Both the position numbers and the translations under genes were made by a program. Shown here piece after piece: positions 1-11,065 of a stretch of 64,000 nucleotides of DNA (position 1 is the first letter of the stretch; each line of letters starts with the position of its first letter). The stretch is from an uncultured delta proteobacterium (GTDB taxonomy: Bacteria > Myxococcota_A > Polyangia > Fen-1088). The DNA is taken from the NCBI GenBank assembly GCA_963767925.1, contig CAVYGB010000010.1, positions 1,664,001-1,728,000 of the forward strand, written 5' to 3'. The notes beneath the pieces were generated by a model. That model was not told where the DNA came from and did no database searches. It was given only the letters and a program-made list of their open reading frames with translations.

Positions 1-1068
<1,068 letters not shown>

Positions 1069-1177
1069 GGGGGGCCTCTTCTAACGCGCCGGCGCTGCCC
1101 GACACAACCACATCGGGGGCGTTCCCCGGATGTACTTTGCCGCGGTCGGGGCGATACCCTGAGGCCGGCGGCTGGCG

Positions 1178-1643
1178 ATGTCGGAAGCTCGAGCCCACCC
1201 CAGGTCTCTTCTCCGGCGTGCCGGCGCGGGGGCCCGTCCGCCAGGAGGTGAGCGACGAAGCCTGGCTGCGCGCGCTGCTCGACGTGGAGGCCGGGCTGGC
1301 CCGGGCCGAGGCGCGCGCCGGGCTGATCGCCGCCGCGGACGCGGCCGCCATCGGCGCGGCCTGCCGGCCGGAGAACTTCGACCTCCCCGCCCTGGCCCGG
1401 GCCACCGCCGAGATGGGGAACCCGGTGGGTCCCCTCGTGCGGGCCCTTGTGGCGGCGGGCAATGGCCCCGCCGCCGCCCAGATCCATCGGGGGGCCACCA
1501 CGCAGGACGTCCTCGACACCGCGGCCATGGTGGTGATCCAGCGTGCGCTCGGCGTGCTGATCGGCGATCTGGACCGGACCTGTGACGCGGCCGCCGCCCT
1601 GGCGGCCAAGCACCGGGCCACCGTGATGGCCGGCCGGACCTAG
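1178..1643 (+). pseudogene. pcaB: N-terminal fragment of 3-carboxy-cis,cis-muconate cycloisomerase-like protein (fumarase/ASL superfamily)
   Basis: SDEAWLRALLDVEAGLARAEA...IHRGATTQDVLDTA...TVMAGRT then TAG; roughly the first third of the protein only; start region appears out of frame. Confidence 0.75.
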
Positions 1644-1677
1644 GGACGTTTTTCGAGGCAGGGTCTCCGGCCGGCCC

Positions 1678-1887
1678 TCACTCGCGGCGGGCGATCTCCT
1701 CGACGAACCAGGCGTCGCGGTGGCGCGCGTTGGGCAGGTGCGCGTCCCAGCAGTTGGCCGAGCAGAACAGCAGCTTGATGCGGCCGCTGTTGCAGGTCGA
1801 GACCGAACACTTGATCACCTTCGATCCCCAGGAGATGGCCCGGCGGCACATCGAGCAGACCAGGCCGGAAGAGGTCGCAGCGGACAT
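1678..1887 (-). CDS. Small Cys-rich, putative zinc-binding hypothetical protein (69 aa)
   Basis: MSAATSSGLVCSMCRRAISWGSKVIKCSVSTCNSGRIKLLFCSANCWDAHLP...; GGAGGT Shine-Dalgarno just upstream of the ATG. Confidence 0.75.
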   Translation of the reverse strand: MSAATSSGLVCSMCRRAISWGSKVIKCSVSTCNSGRIKLLFCSANCWDAHLPNARHRDAWFVEEIARRE

Positions 1888-1956
1888 GACACCTCCATTG
1901 TACAACGTGGTCCCGGTGGTTGCCCTCGGGCCGGACCCGCCGGATACTCCCGGGCC

Positions 1957-3817
1957 ATGAGCAAACCTCGCTTTTCGTCCCGGCGTGCTCGGCTCGTCCG
2001 GCGTCTGGCCGCTGTCGCCCTCGTCGTCCTGGGGGCGGGCGCCCTCGCGGCCCGCCGGCCGTCGACCAGCGTGGCCCAGCCGGCGAGCCCCGACGCCAGG
2101 GCCTTCGTGGCCGGGGTCAACGACGAGCTCCGCAAGCTCACCGTGCGGGCCTCGACCGCCGAGTGGATCAAGAACACGTACATCACCGACGACAGCGAGC
2201 GGCTCGCCGCCGCCGCCAACGAGGAGCTGCTCGGCTTCATGAGCCGGGCGGTCAAGCAGGCCGCCCAGGTCGGGGGGGCCAGCGCCGACGCCGACACCAA
2301 GCGCATGTTGCAGCTGCTGCGCGTCTCCTCGCCCCTGGCCGCCCCCAGCGACCCCAAGCTGCGGCTCGAGCTGACCACTTTGGCGGCGAAGATGGAGGGC
2401 CTGTATGGCAAGGGCAAGGCCTGCGGGGCCGACGGCAAGGCGAGCAAGTGCCGCGACCTCGAGGAGCTCAACGTCCTGTTCGCCAGGAGCCGCGACGAGG
2501 CCGAGCTGCGCGACGCCTGGCTGGGCTGGCACCGCACCGCCCGGGCCAGCCGGCCCCTTTACACCCGCTTCGTGGAGCTGGCCAACCAGGGCGCCCGGGA
2601 GATCGGCTTCGCCGACTCGGGCCTGATGTGGCGCTCGGCCTACGACATGCCCCCGGCCGACTTCGAGAAGGAGACCGAGCGGCTGTGGCAGCAGGTCCGC
2701 CCCCTGTACGAGGCGCTCCACTGCTACGTGCGCACCCAGCTCGGCAAGACCTACGGCGCGGCCAAGGTCCCGGCGGGCGCCCCCCTGCCCGCCCACCTGC
2801 TGGGCAACATGTGGGCCCAGGAGTGGGCCAACATCTACCCGCTGGTCGAGCCCTACAAGGGACAGCCCAGCCTGGACGTCTCGGCGGCCCTGGCCCGACA
2901 GAAGTGGGACGCCACCCGCATGGTGAAGACCGGCGAGCGCTTCTTCACCTCGCTGGGGCTCGATCCGCTACCGGCGACGTTCTGGGAGCGGTCGATGCTG
3001 GTCAAGCCGCGCGACCGGGACGTGGTCTGCCACGCCAGCGCCTGGGACGTCGCCATGAACGACGACCTGCGCATCAAGATGTGCATCAAGCCCACGGAAG
3101 AGGACCTCATCACCATCCACCACGAGCTGGGGCACAACTACTACTACCACGCGTATTACAAGCTGCCGCCGCTCTTCCAGAACGGGGCCAACGACGGCTT
3201 TCACGAGGCCATCGGCGACGCCCTCACCCTCTCCATCACCCCCCAGTACCTGATGGATCTGGGCCTCCTGCGGGCCATCCCCAAGGACGACAAGGGGCTG
3301 ATCAACGTGCAGATGAAGGACGCCCTCGAGAAGGTGGCGTTCCTGCCCTTCGGCCTGCTGATCGACAAGTGGCGCTGGAACGTCTTCTCCGGCAAGACCC
3401 AGCCGGCCGACTACAACAAGGCCTGGTCGGACCTGCGCCGGCAGTACCAGGGGATCGAGTCGCCGGGGGCTCGCAGCGAGGAGGACTTCGATCCCGGGGC
3501 CAAGTACCACATCCCGGCCAACGTCCCTTACACCCGCTACTTCCTGGCCCGCCTGCTCCAGTTCCAGTTCCACCGGGCGCTGTGCCGGCTCGGCCGGCCA
3601 CCAGGGCCCCCTGCACCAGTGCTCCATCTACAACAACAAGGAGGCGGGCAAGCGGCTCTGGGCGATGCTTCAGCTCGGCGCGAGCAAACCCTGGCCCGAG
3701 GCCCTGGCCGCGCTGACCGGCGAGCGGCAGATCGACGCCGCCGCCATGCTGGAGTACTTCGCCCCCCTCGCCACCTGGCTCAAGGAGAAGAACGGCGCCG
3801 CCCGCTGCGGCTGGTGA
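1957..3817 (+). CDS. M2 family metallopeptidase (ACE-like peptidyl-dipeptidase), one apparent frameshift near 3590
   Basis: Signal peptide; [24 protein letters not shown] (HExxH), [18 protein letters not shown]-terminus continues in another frame ([12 protein letters not shown]...[21 protein letters not shown]). Confidence 0.92.
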
Positions 3818-3870
3818 CAGCGCCGGCGGCTGGCGACGGCGCCGCCCGCTGCGGCTGGTGACAGCGCCGG
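3792..3870 (+). repeat. 35-bp perfect direct repeat (2 copies, 44-bp period) duplicating the end of the M2 peptidase gene
   Basis: acggcgccgcccgctgcggctggtgacagcgccgg at 3792-3826 and 3836-3870. Confidence 0.9.
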
Positions 3871-3951
3871 GCGCTCGTGGCGGAGCCGGCGCGTGATGAT
3901 ACCCCCCGGTTGCGCTTCCACCCGGGGGGGCCCCGACCTATAGTCCCGGCC

Positions 3952-4743
3952 ATGAAAACGGCGACTCGCAGGGGCCGCGTGGCGATCTGGGCGGCTGGCG
4001 CGGCTCTCCTGGTCCTCACCTCGTTCGTCCGCCCGGCGGCAGCGTACTCTTACTTCGAGCAGCCCTTGACCCTGCGGAGCTCGACCTTCGAGCTGGGGCT
4101 GGGCGTGGGGCTCGGCCACCTCGACGTGGCCGACTACACCGGCCTCGGAATCAACCTCGAGCTGGGCTACGGCATCACCTCCAACGCCGAGCTCCGCTTC
4201 CGCACCGGGCTGCGGCTGGGGGAAGGCGGCCGGGTGACCGACGCCGACTACTTCGGCCGGCCCTTCAACACCGAGACGTACAACCTGGGGAACGACACCG
4301 TCGCCAACCCCCAGATCGGCCTGCGCCTCTCCCTGGTCCGCGGCCCCACCCTCGAGCTGGCCTTCGACGCCCACGCCATCTTGCCCCTCGACGGCGTGCT
4401 CGGCCTGCTGGTGGGGATGCCGGTGATGCTCCGGCTGGGCGACCGCCTGCGGATCGACACCGGCCTGCTGGTGCCGATCTTCCTGACCGAGCCGGACACC
4501 ACCTTCGACATCAGCATCCCCATCCACATCTGGATCCAGCTCAACTCGACCACCTTCCTGGGGCCGATCACGGGGGCCTACTTCTACGACGGCGGCGGCA
4601 AGCGGGTCCCCTTCGGCTTCGGGGTCGGCACCTCGATCGCCTACGACGCCGAGGTGCGCTTCTGGCTGCTCTTCCCCGATCTCGGCGACTCCGGCACCCG
4701 CGAGAACTTCGGCCTGGGCGCCGGGCTGTACGTGCTGTTCTAG
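3952..4743 (+). CDS. Hypothetical outer-membrane beta-barrel-like protein
   Basis: Signal peptide (...PAAA|Y), alternating hydrophobic/Gly strands, C-terminal Phe (GLYVLF). Confidence 0.7.
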   Translation: MKTATRRGRVAIWAAGAALLVLTSFVRPAAAYSYFEQPLTLRSSTFELGLGVGLGHLDVADYTGLGINLELGYGITSNAELRFRTGLRLGEGGRVTDADYFGRPFNTETYNLGNDTVANPQIGLRLSLVRGPTLELAFDAHAILPLDGVLGLLVGMPVMLRLGDRLRIDTGLLVPIFLTEPDTTFDISIPIHIWIQLNSTTFLGPITGAYFYDGGGKRVPFGFGVGTSIAYDAEVRFWLLFPDLGDSGTRENFGLGAGLYVLF

Positions 4744-4936
4744 CCGGGCCCGAGCGCAGCGAGGGAACCCGGCTATTTCTGGAACAATCTAGCGGCCGGG
4801 CCCGAGCGCAGCGAGGGAACCCGGCTATTTCTGGAACAATCTAGCGGCCGGGCCCGAGCGCAGCGAGGGAACCCGGCTATTTCTGGAACAATCTAGCGGC
4901 CGGGCCCGAGCGCAGCGAGGGAACCCGGCTATTTCT
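4743..4936. repeat. Tandem array of a 52-bp REP-like hairpin unit (3.7 identical copies) between convergent genes
   Basis: Unit gccgggcccgagcgcagcgagggaacccggctatttctggaacaatctagcg starts at 4743, 4795, 4847 and 4899; GCCGGG...CCCGGC stem. Confidence 0.95.
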
Positions 4937-4945
4937 CGAGCGCCC

Positions 4946-6889
4946 TCACAGCGGGCGGAGGCGGACCCACTCGTCGTAGAGGGCGCCGCCTTCGCCGAGG
5001 TCGGTGGTGCGGGCGCTGATCAGGGTGTTGAAGCAGCGGCCGGCCCGCAGGTGACCGCCTTTGGCGGCCAGGGCCACGTCGGGACGCTGGGCCCGGTCGT
5101 GGGCCACCCGCACGACGAGGGCGCCCCGCGCTGACTCGAGGCTGGCCAGGGCGCCGTCGGCGATGCCGGCGGCCGCCTCGGGGTGGACGGTGACGGTGGC
5201 GGGGCCCTCCTGGGGGGCGCTCCACTGCGAGGACTGCGACCGGTCGGTCGACAGCGCCATCAGCAGCAGGGGAAAGCCCGGCGGCGCCACCGGCGGATCG
5301 AAGGCGGCGGCCGGGACGTCGGGGCCGCGCAGCAGGTTCACCTTGCCCGAGGCGGTGGGAAACCGGCGGTCGGCGAACAGGACCGGCGCGGCCAGCGGGC
5401 TGCGCAGGGGGCCCCGGGCGAAGTCCTCGATCCCGATGCCGTGGGGGCCCAGGGTCGGGGCGATGATCCGCGCCTTCCACTGGCGGGCGCTGCCCGCCAT
5501 CACCTCGGCCAGCCCCAGCCGGGCGGCCAGGGCCTGCATGATCTCGAGATCGGTCAGCACCCCGGGCGGCGGCGGGACCACCGGGCGAGACTCCCCCAGG
5601 TAGTGGTGGCCGTAGGCCCCCAGCAGATCGTCGTCCTCGAGCAAGGTGGTGGTCGGCAGCACCACGGTGGCCAGGCGGCCGGTGTCGGTGAGGAACGGAT
5701 CGACGACCACCGACAGCTCGCGCGTGCGGATGGCCTCCGCCACCGTGTCCGACTGGGGCAACATGGCGACCGGGTTGCCTGCCGTGACCCAGAGGGCCCG
5801 GATCGGCGGCTCGCGCGCGGCCAGCACCTCCGGCCCGAACAGCGGCTCGCAGATCGATCGGGGGGCTGCCTCCAGGCCGCGGATGAAGCTCATGTCGAAG
5901 GCGGCTCGCCGCCTGTAATAGAAGGAGACGCCGCCCCCGGCGATCCCCAGGTTGCCCGAGATGGCGCAGAGCGCGTCGAGCGCGCGCACGATGGCGCCCC
6001 CGGCCTGCCGGCGCCCCATGCCCCAGCCCACCAGGATGGCGGTCGGCTGGCCCGGCCCCAGCCGCCGGGCCAGGTCCTCGGCGTCGCCGGGGGTCACGCC
6101 GGCCCGCTCGCACCAGGTGGCCACCGTCGCGCCCTCGGCGCAGGCCCGCAGCTCGTCGAGGCCGTCGCAGTAGCGGGCGGCCTCCGGATCGACCCAGCCG
6201 TTTTCCCAGAGCAGGCGGGCCACCGCCATGGCGAGGGCGAAGTCTCCCCCCGGCCGCGGCTGCAGGTAACGCTCGCACAGCTCCGCCGTCCGCTGGTGCA
6301 CCGGATCGATGAGCACCAGCCCGGCCCCGCGCGCGCGGGCCTGCCGCAACACCGGCAAGGTGTGGGGGCTGGAGACGTAGACGTTTTTCCCCCAGAGGAT
6401 GATGTTGCGGGCGTTGAGCAGGTCGTGCAGATCGTTGGAGTCCTCGTGTCCGAAGTCGGTGGCCTGGGCGGCGTCGCCCGCCCCCGAGCAGATGTCGCCC
6501 CGCTTGATCGTGACCGGCCCGAGCTGCTCGAAGAAGTAGTCGGTGAGGTGCTTCAGCAGGCCGAGCGAGCCGCCCGAGCGGTAATGAAAGATCGCCGCCG
6601 GCCCCGACTCGGCGCGAATCGCGGCGAGCCGCGCCGCCAGGAAGTCCAGGGCCTCCTCCCAGCCCACCGGCGTGAGGGCGCCCCCCTTGCGCAGCAGCGG
6701 TCCGGTCAACCGATCCGGGCCGTATTGCAGGGGCAGAAAATGGTTGGTCCGGTAACAGAGGAATCCCCGGGTGATCGGGTGGTCGCGATCGCCCTCCAGC
6801 CGCACCACCCGCCCGTCCTCGACGTGGGCCACGATGCCACAGGCATCGGGGCAGTCGCGGTTGCAGGTGGTCTTGCGCAGCTCGGGCAT
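4946..6889 (-). CDS. Molybdopterin-dependent oxidoreductase (DMSO reductase family)
   Basis: N-terminal TCNRDCPDAC...GFLC Fe-S motif, DRLTGPL, IILWGKN, IDP, VVVDPFLTDT..ATVVLP, C-terminal molybdopterin dinucleotide-binding domain. Confidence 0.92.
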   Translation of the reverse strand: MPELRKTTCNRDCPDACGIVAHVEDGRVVRLEGDRDHPITRGFLCYRTNHFLPLQYGPDRLTGPLLRKGGALTPVGWEEALDFLAARLAAIRAESGPAAIFHYRSGGSLGLLKHLTDYFFEQLGPVTIKRGDICSGAGDAAQATDFGHEDSNDLHDLLNARNIILWGKNVYVSSPHTLPVLRQARARGAGLVLIDPVHQRTAELCERYLQPRPGGDFALAMAVARLLWENGWVDPEAARYCDGLDELRACAEGATVATWCERAGVTPGDAEDLARRLGPGQPTAILVGWGMGRRQAGGAIVRALDALCAISGNLGIAGGGVSFYYRRRAAFDMSFIRGLEAAPRSICEPLFGPEVLAAREPPIRALWVTAGNPVAMLPQSDTVAEAIRTRELSVVVDPFLTDTGRLATVVLPTTTLLEDDDLLGAYGHHYLGESRPVVPPPPGVLTDLEIMQALAARLGLAEVMAGSARQWKARIIAPTLGPHGIGIEDFARGPLRSPLAAPVLFADRRFPTASGKVNLLRGPDVPAAAFDPPVAPPGFPLLLMALSTDRSQSSQWSAPQEGPATVTVHPEAAAGIADGALASLESARGALVVRVAHDRAQRPDVALAAKGGHLRAGRCFNTLISARTTDLGEGGALYDEWVRLRPL

Positions 6890-6961
6890 GGCCGGGATCT
6901 TGATGCCCCAGAGTGGGCGCGTCCAGGGTTCGATGGGAGCGCACCTCCGGGGAGCGGACTG

Positions 6962-7252
6962 ACCCCGCGGGTACCGCGTCCTGGTGGCCAAGAACGGCCA
7001 GGAGGGGCTCGAGGTGGCCCGCCGCGACCGGGACCCCATCCACCTCGTCGTGAGCGGCGTGATCATGCCGGGGACCAGCGGGCCCGAGGTGGTGCTCGCG
7101 ATAAGGGCGCTCTGTCCGACATCAAGGCCCTCTTCATGTCCGGGGTCACCGACCATGCCGTCCTGCGCGACGGCACCCTGCAGACGGGCATGAACTTCAT
7201 CCAGAAGCCGTTCGCCCTGGCGCGCGAGGTGCGCGAGGTGCTCGGCGCCTGA
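6962..7252 (+). pseudogene. Degenerate response-regulator receiver domain (remnant of a hybrid kinase C-terminus)
   Basis: GYRVLVAKNGQEGLEVA..PIHLVVSGVIMPGTSGPEV, frameshift, then IKALFMSG...FIQKPF; phospho-acceptor Asp position reads Gly; no start. Confidence 0.75.
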
Positions 7253-7323
7253 CCCCTGAGGCAGGCCCGGGATCTCATCCGGTGATTTGACAGACAAACG
7301 GCGTTCGACGGAGATCGTCCGGG

Positions 7324-9942
7324 ATGCCGGAAGATCAGCTCGGGGGAGTCGTCGAGGTGCCCGACCAGGGCGGCCTGGGCACGCGCCTGTCGCAATATTG
7401 CGTGGGCCGAATCCTGGCCAGCGAGCTCGGCTTCGCCCTCCGCTCCGCCGAGGTCCCGGGTTTTCCTCAGGCCGGGGCCCTGAGCGCCGCCGCCCCCACC
7501 CCCGACGACGACGAGGAGGCCGGCGAGACCACCGATCACGGTGAGGGCGACGGCGAAGATGAAGACGCGGGCGCCCGCGACGACGACGACGCGGGCACCG
7601 TCACCCTGACCGGCCACCGCCTCGACCTGCCGGCCCTGCGCTCGGATCCCGGCGCGCAGCGCCTCGTCGTGCGCGGGCTGTTCTGCCGCTACGACATCTA
7701 CCGCCCCCACAAGCAGGCCATCCGGACCAACTGGCTCGCCGGCCCCTCCCTCGAGCGGGCGGGCCCCGAGGATCTGACCATCCACGTGCGGGCGGGGAAC
7801 ATCTGGCAGAGCAGCGCCCGGGGGCCGGTGCGGCCCGACCACCCCGCCCTGCCCTTCTCGTTTTACGCCGACATCGTCCGCTCCCGGGAGTGGCGCAAGA
7901 TCCGGGTGGTCAGCGAGGACCCGGCCGACCCGATGGTGAAGAAGCTCGTCAGCTCCTTCGCCGCCGAGGTGCGATTGGGGACGCCGCTCGAGGACTTTCG
8001 CACCCTGCAGGCCAGCGCCAACCTGGTGCTGTCGGTCAGCACCTTCGCCTGGTGGGCCGGCTGGCTGTCGCGGGCCGAGCGCATCTATTTTCCGGTGGCG
8101 GGGCTGTTCGACCGGGAGCGGTCCGAGGGCCGCCCGGCCCCCTGGCAACACGATCTGTGGGTCGACGACGAGCCCCGCTACCAGGCGGTGGTGCCGGCCG
8201 GGCTGATCGCCGACTGGCAAGGCACGGAGGCCGACCGCCACCGCCTGCTCAACGCCGAGCCCACGGGCCCGGGGGCGCCGCCCCGCCCGCAGCCCGCCCC
8301 CGCCGCCCGGTCGGGCCCGCCCGCCGACCAGCGCGGCACCCTGGCGATGATCGAGGGCTTCTGGAAGCCGAAGGACAACCAGGCCCACGGCACCTACCAG
8401 GCCGCCTACCTGACCTGCCAGGCCCTGGCCGAGCAGGACCGCTACACGGCGCTGCACCTGTACCGCGACGGCCAGCGGCGCCCGACCGTGGCCAGCGACC
8501 TGGTGCTGCCCGACACGCCCCCCACAACCGTGTTCGACAAGCTGCTGCTGCACGGGACCCGCGAGCGCTACGCCGCCATCCACGTGGCCAACGGCGAGCA
8601 GATCCTCAGCGCGCCCCACCTGCTGCGCCCCCGCAACGACTGGGCCCCGGTGATCTGCAGCGTGGGGACTACCCACGCCACCGGACAGTGGTCCAACCTG
8701 CTGCTGTCGATCGCCAGCGGAGCGGTGCGCCCCAGCGACGGCTTCATCTTCAAGTCGCGGGCGGCGGAGGCGATCTTCCGCCGCACCTTCGAGGCCTGGT
8801 CGGACCGCTTCGGCTTCCCCGGGCCCCTGCTGGGCGAGACGACCGTGATTCCCAACGGCGTCGACGTCGAGGCCAACCAGCGCTCGGCCCCCCTGCGCGA
8901 GGAGACCCGACGCCGGCTGCGGATCGGAGAGCGCGACCTGGTGTTCCTCACCTTCTCCCGCCTCAGCCCGGGGACCAAGGGGGATCTCCAGGCCCTGGTC
9001 GTGCGCTGGAAGGAGGTGACCGAGCGCCTGCCGCAGGCCCTGCTGCTGCTCTCGGGCGCGGTTGTCGAGCGCTCGTTCGTGGCCGACCTGCGCCTGCTGG
9101 CCCGGGCGGCGGGGGTGGGGGACCGGGTCATCGTGCTCGACAACCCCTTCGAGGTGGCGGCCAACGCCCGCACCCGGCTCATGTCGGCGGCCGACGTGTT
9201 CGTCCACCTCAGCACCGGCGTCGAGGAGGCCTCGCCCCTGGTGGTGCCGGAGGCGATGGCCCACGGCCTGCCGATCATCGCCACCGCCTGGGCGGGGGTG
9301 CCCGAGGTGGTCAGCGCGGGCGAGAGCGGCTTTCTCCTCGAGACCCGCCAGGCGCCGGTGGCCCCCTACATCGCCGCGACGATGTTCGGCCACAGCGACC
9401 GCACCCACCTGCTCTACGCGAGCAAGGTGGTGACCACCGACTGGGCGGCCTTCGTGGGCGCCGCCCAGGCCCTGGGCTACGAGGAGCGCCGGCGCCGGAT
9501 GGGCCAGGCCGCCCGCCGCCGGGCCGAGGCTCACGCCGCCCCCCGCATCGCCCGCCGCTACGTCGAGTTCTTCGACAGCACGGCCCGGGCGGCCGAACGC
9601 GCCTGGACCGGGCCGGCGGCGACCCGGCCCATCGTGGACCTCGACGGCATCATCGCCGCCCAGGCCTCGCGCCCCCTGGCCCTCGAGGACAAGGTGCGCC
9701 TCGGCGACGCCACCCGGGCCCGCCTGCTGGCCCTCGGCCTGCACCCCGAGCCCGCCGCCCGCCTGGAGCAGGTGGTGGCCGCCTTCCAGGGGCGCGAGCA
9801 CCTCACCGTCGCCGAGCTGGCCGGGGTGGCCGCCCGCCCCGGCGGAGGCCCCCCCGCCGACGGCACCGGCCAGGACGACCTGGCCGCCACCTCGCGTTTC
9901 CTCGTACGCCTGCTCAACTTCGGCGTCGTCGAGCTGGCCTGA
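7324..9942 (+). CDS. Two-domain glycosyltransferase: N-terminal GT11 (alpha-1,2-fucosyltransferase)-like plus C-terminal GT4 domain
   Basis: GGLGTRLSQY, IHVRAG and STFAWWAGWL (GT11-like); VIPNGVD and ADVFVH..EEASPLVVPEAMAHGLPIIAT..GVPEVV (GT4). Confidence 0.8.
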   Translation: MPEDQLGGVVEVPDQGGLGTRLSQYCVGRILASELGFALRSAEVPGFPQAGALSAAAPTPDDDEEAGETTDHGEGDGEDEDAGARDDDDAGTVTLTGHRLDLPALRSDPGAQRLVVRGLFCRYDIYRPHKQAIRTNWLAGPSLERAGPEDLTIHVRAGNIWQSSARGPVRPDHPALPFSFYADIVRSREWRKIRVVSEDPADPMVKKLVSSFAAEVRLGTPLEDFRTLQASANLVLSVSTFAWWAGWLSRAERIYFPVAGLFDRERSEGRPAPWQHDLWVDDEPRYQAVVPAGLIADWQGTEADRHRLLNAEPTGPGAPPRPQPAPAARSGPPADQRGTLAMIEGFWKPKDNQAHGTYQAAYLTCQALAEQDRYTALHLYRDGQRRPTVASDLVLPDTPPTTVFDKLLLHGTRERYAAIHVANGEQILSAPHLLRPRNDWAPVICSVGTTHATGQWSNLLLSIASGAVRPSDGFIFKSRAAEAIFRRTFEAWSDRFGFPGPLLGETTVIPNGVDVEANQRSAPLREETRRRLRIGERDLVFLTFSRLSPGTKGDLQALVVRWKEVTERLPQALLLLSGAVVERSFVADLRLLARAAGVGDRVIVLDNPFEVAANARTRLMSAADVFVHLSTGVEEASPLVVPEAMAHGLPIIATAWAGVPEVVSAGESGFLLETRQAPVAPYIAATMFGHSDRTHLLYASKVVTTDWAAFVGAAQALGYEERRRRMGQAARRRAEAHAAPRIARRYVEFFDSTARAAERAWTGPAATRPIVDLDGIIAAQASRPLALEDKVRLGDATRARLLALGLHPEPAARLEQVVAAFQGREHLTVAELAGVAARPGGGPPADGTGQDDLAATSRFLVRLLNFGVVELA

Positions 9943-9982
9943 GCCGGGTCGAGCCCGGCGGCGGGGCGTCTTATACTGGGGC

Positions 9983-11065
9983 GTGCCCCTTTCGGTCGCC
10001 GAGAACGTGCCCCTGGCGCCGCTCACAACCCTGGAGCTCGGCGGCCCGGCCCGCTTCTTCGTGGAGGCGGCCAGCGAGGAGGCGGCGCTCGAGGCCCTCG
10101 ACTTCGGGGCGCGCCGGAGCGTGCCGGTCTTCCTGCTGGGCGGCGGCTCGAACCTTGTGGTGTCCGACGCCGGTTTTCCCGGCCTGGTGATCCGCCTGAC
10201 CGCGCGCGGCCTGACCTTCCGGCCCGCGGGGGACGAGGTCCTGGTCGAGGCGGCGGCGGGCGAGCCCTGGGACGAGGTGGTGGCGCAGGCGGTGGCGCGC
10301 GGGCTGGCCGGGCTGGAGTGCCTCTCGGGCATCCCGGGCAGCGCGGGGGCCACCCCGATCCAGAACGTGGGCGCCTACGGCCAGGAGGTCGCCGACACCG
10401 TGCGGGCGGTGCGGGCCATCGATCGGAGCAGCGGGGCGCTGGTGGATCTGCCGCCCGCCGCCTGCGCCTTCGCCTACCGGGACAGCGCCTTCAAGCGCGC
10501 GCCCCAGCGCCACGCCGTCGTGGGCGTGACCTTCGCTCTGCGCCCGGGCGGTCCCCCCGGCGTCCGCTACGCCGAGCTGGCCCGGGCCCTGCCCGCCGGG
10601 CCCGACCTGGCCCTCGTGCGCGCGACCGTGCTGCGCCTGCGGCGGGGCAAGTCGATGGTGATCGACCCGGCCGACCCCAACCGGCGCAGCGTGGGATCGT
10701 TCTTCACCAACCCGATCGTCCCCTCGGCGACCGCCGACCAGGTGGCCCGGCGCGCGGTCGGCGACGGGCTGATCGCGTCACCCGAGCAGATGCCGCGCTT
10801 CCCGGCCGGGTCCGGGCAGGTCAAGCTCGCCGCCGCCTGGCTGATCGAGCGGGCCGGCTTCGTGAAAGGTCTGTCACGCGGACCGGTCGGCCAGTCGAGC
10901 GCCCACGCCCTGGCCCTGGTCCACCACGGCGGCGGCCGCACCGCCGACCTGCTGGCGCTGGCCCGGGAGATCCGGGCCGGGGTGCAGGCGCGCTTCGGCC
11001 TGGTGCTGGTGCCCGAGCCCGTCGTGCTGGGGGCGCACCCGGACGATCCCCTGGCCGCGGCATGA
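9983..11065 (+). CDS. murB: UDP-N-acetylenolpyruvoylglucosamine reductase
   Basis: LAPLTTLELGGPA, LGGGSNLVV, GLECLSGIPGSAGATPIQNVGAYGQE, FAYRDSAFK, GSFFTNP, AAWLIERAG, HALALV. Confidence 0.96.
   Translation: MPLSVAENVPLAPLTTLELGGPARFFVEAASEEAALEALDFGARRSVPVFLLGGGSNLVVSDAGFPGLVIRLTARGLTFRPAGDEVLVEAAAGEPWDEVVAQAVARGLAGLECLSGIPGSAGATPIQNVGAYGQEVADTVRAVRAIDRSSGALVDLPPAACAFAYRDSAFKRAPQRHAVVGVTFALRPGGPPGVRYAELARALPAGPDLALVRATVLRLRRGKSMVIDPADPNRRSVGSFFTNPIVPSATADQVARRAVGDGLIASPEQMPRFPAGSGQVKLAAAWLIERAGFVKGLSRGPVGQSSAHALALVHHGGGRTADLLALAREIRAGVQARFGLVLVPEPVVLGAHPDDPLAAA

Noticed and set aside
4743..4936. Possible CRISPR array
   Set aside because: The would-be spacers are identical and short, and there are no cas genes in the window; it is a plain tandem repeat.
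7063..10353. Very long antisense or alternative-frame ORFs (e.g. 1096 aa here, 11202-14489, 33480-35885)
   Set aside because: Shadow ORFs expected at this GC content; they overlap well-supported genes and have Arg/Gly/Pro-biased, motif-free translations.
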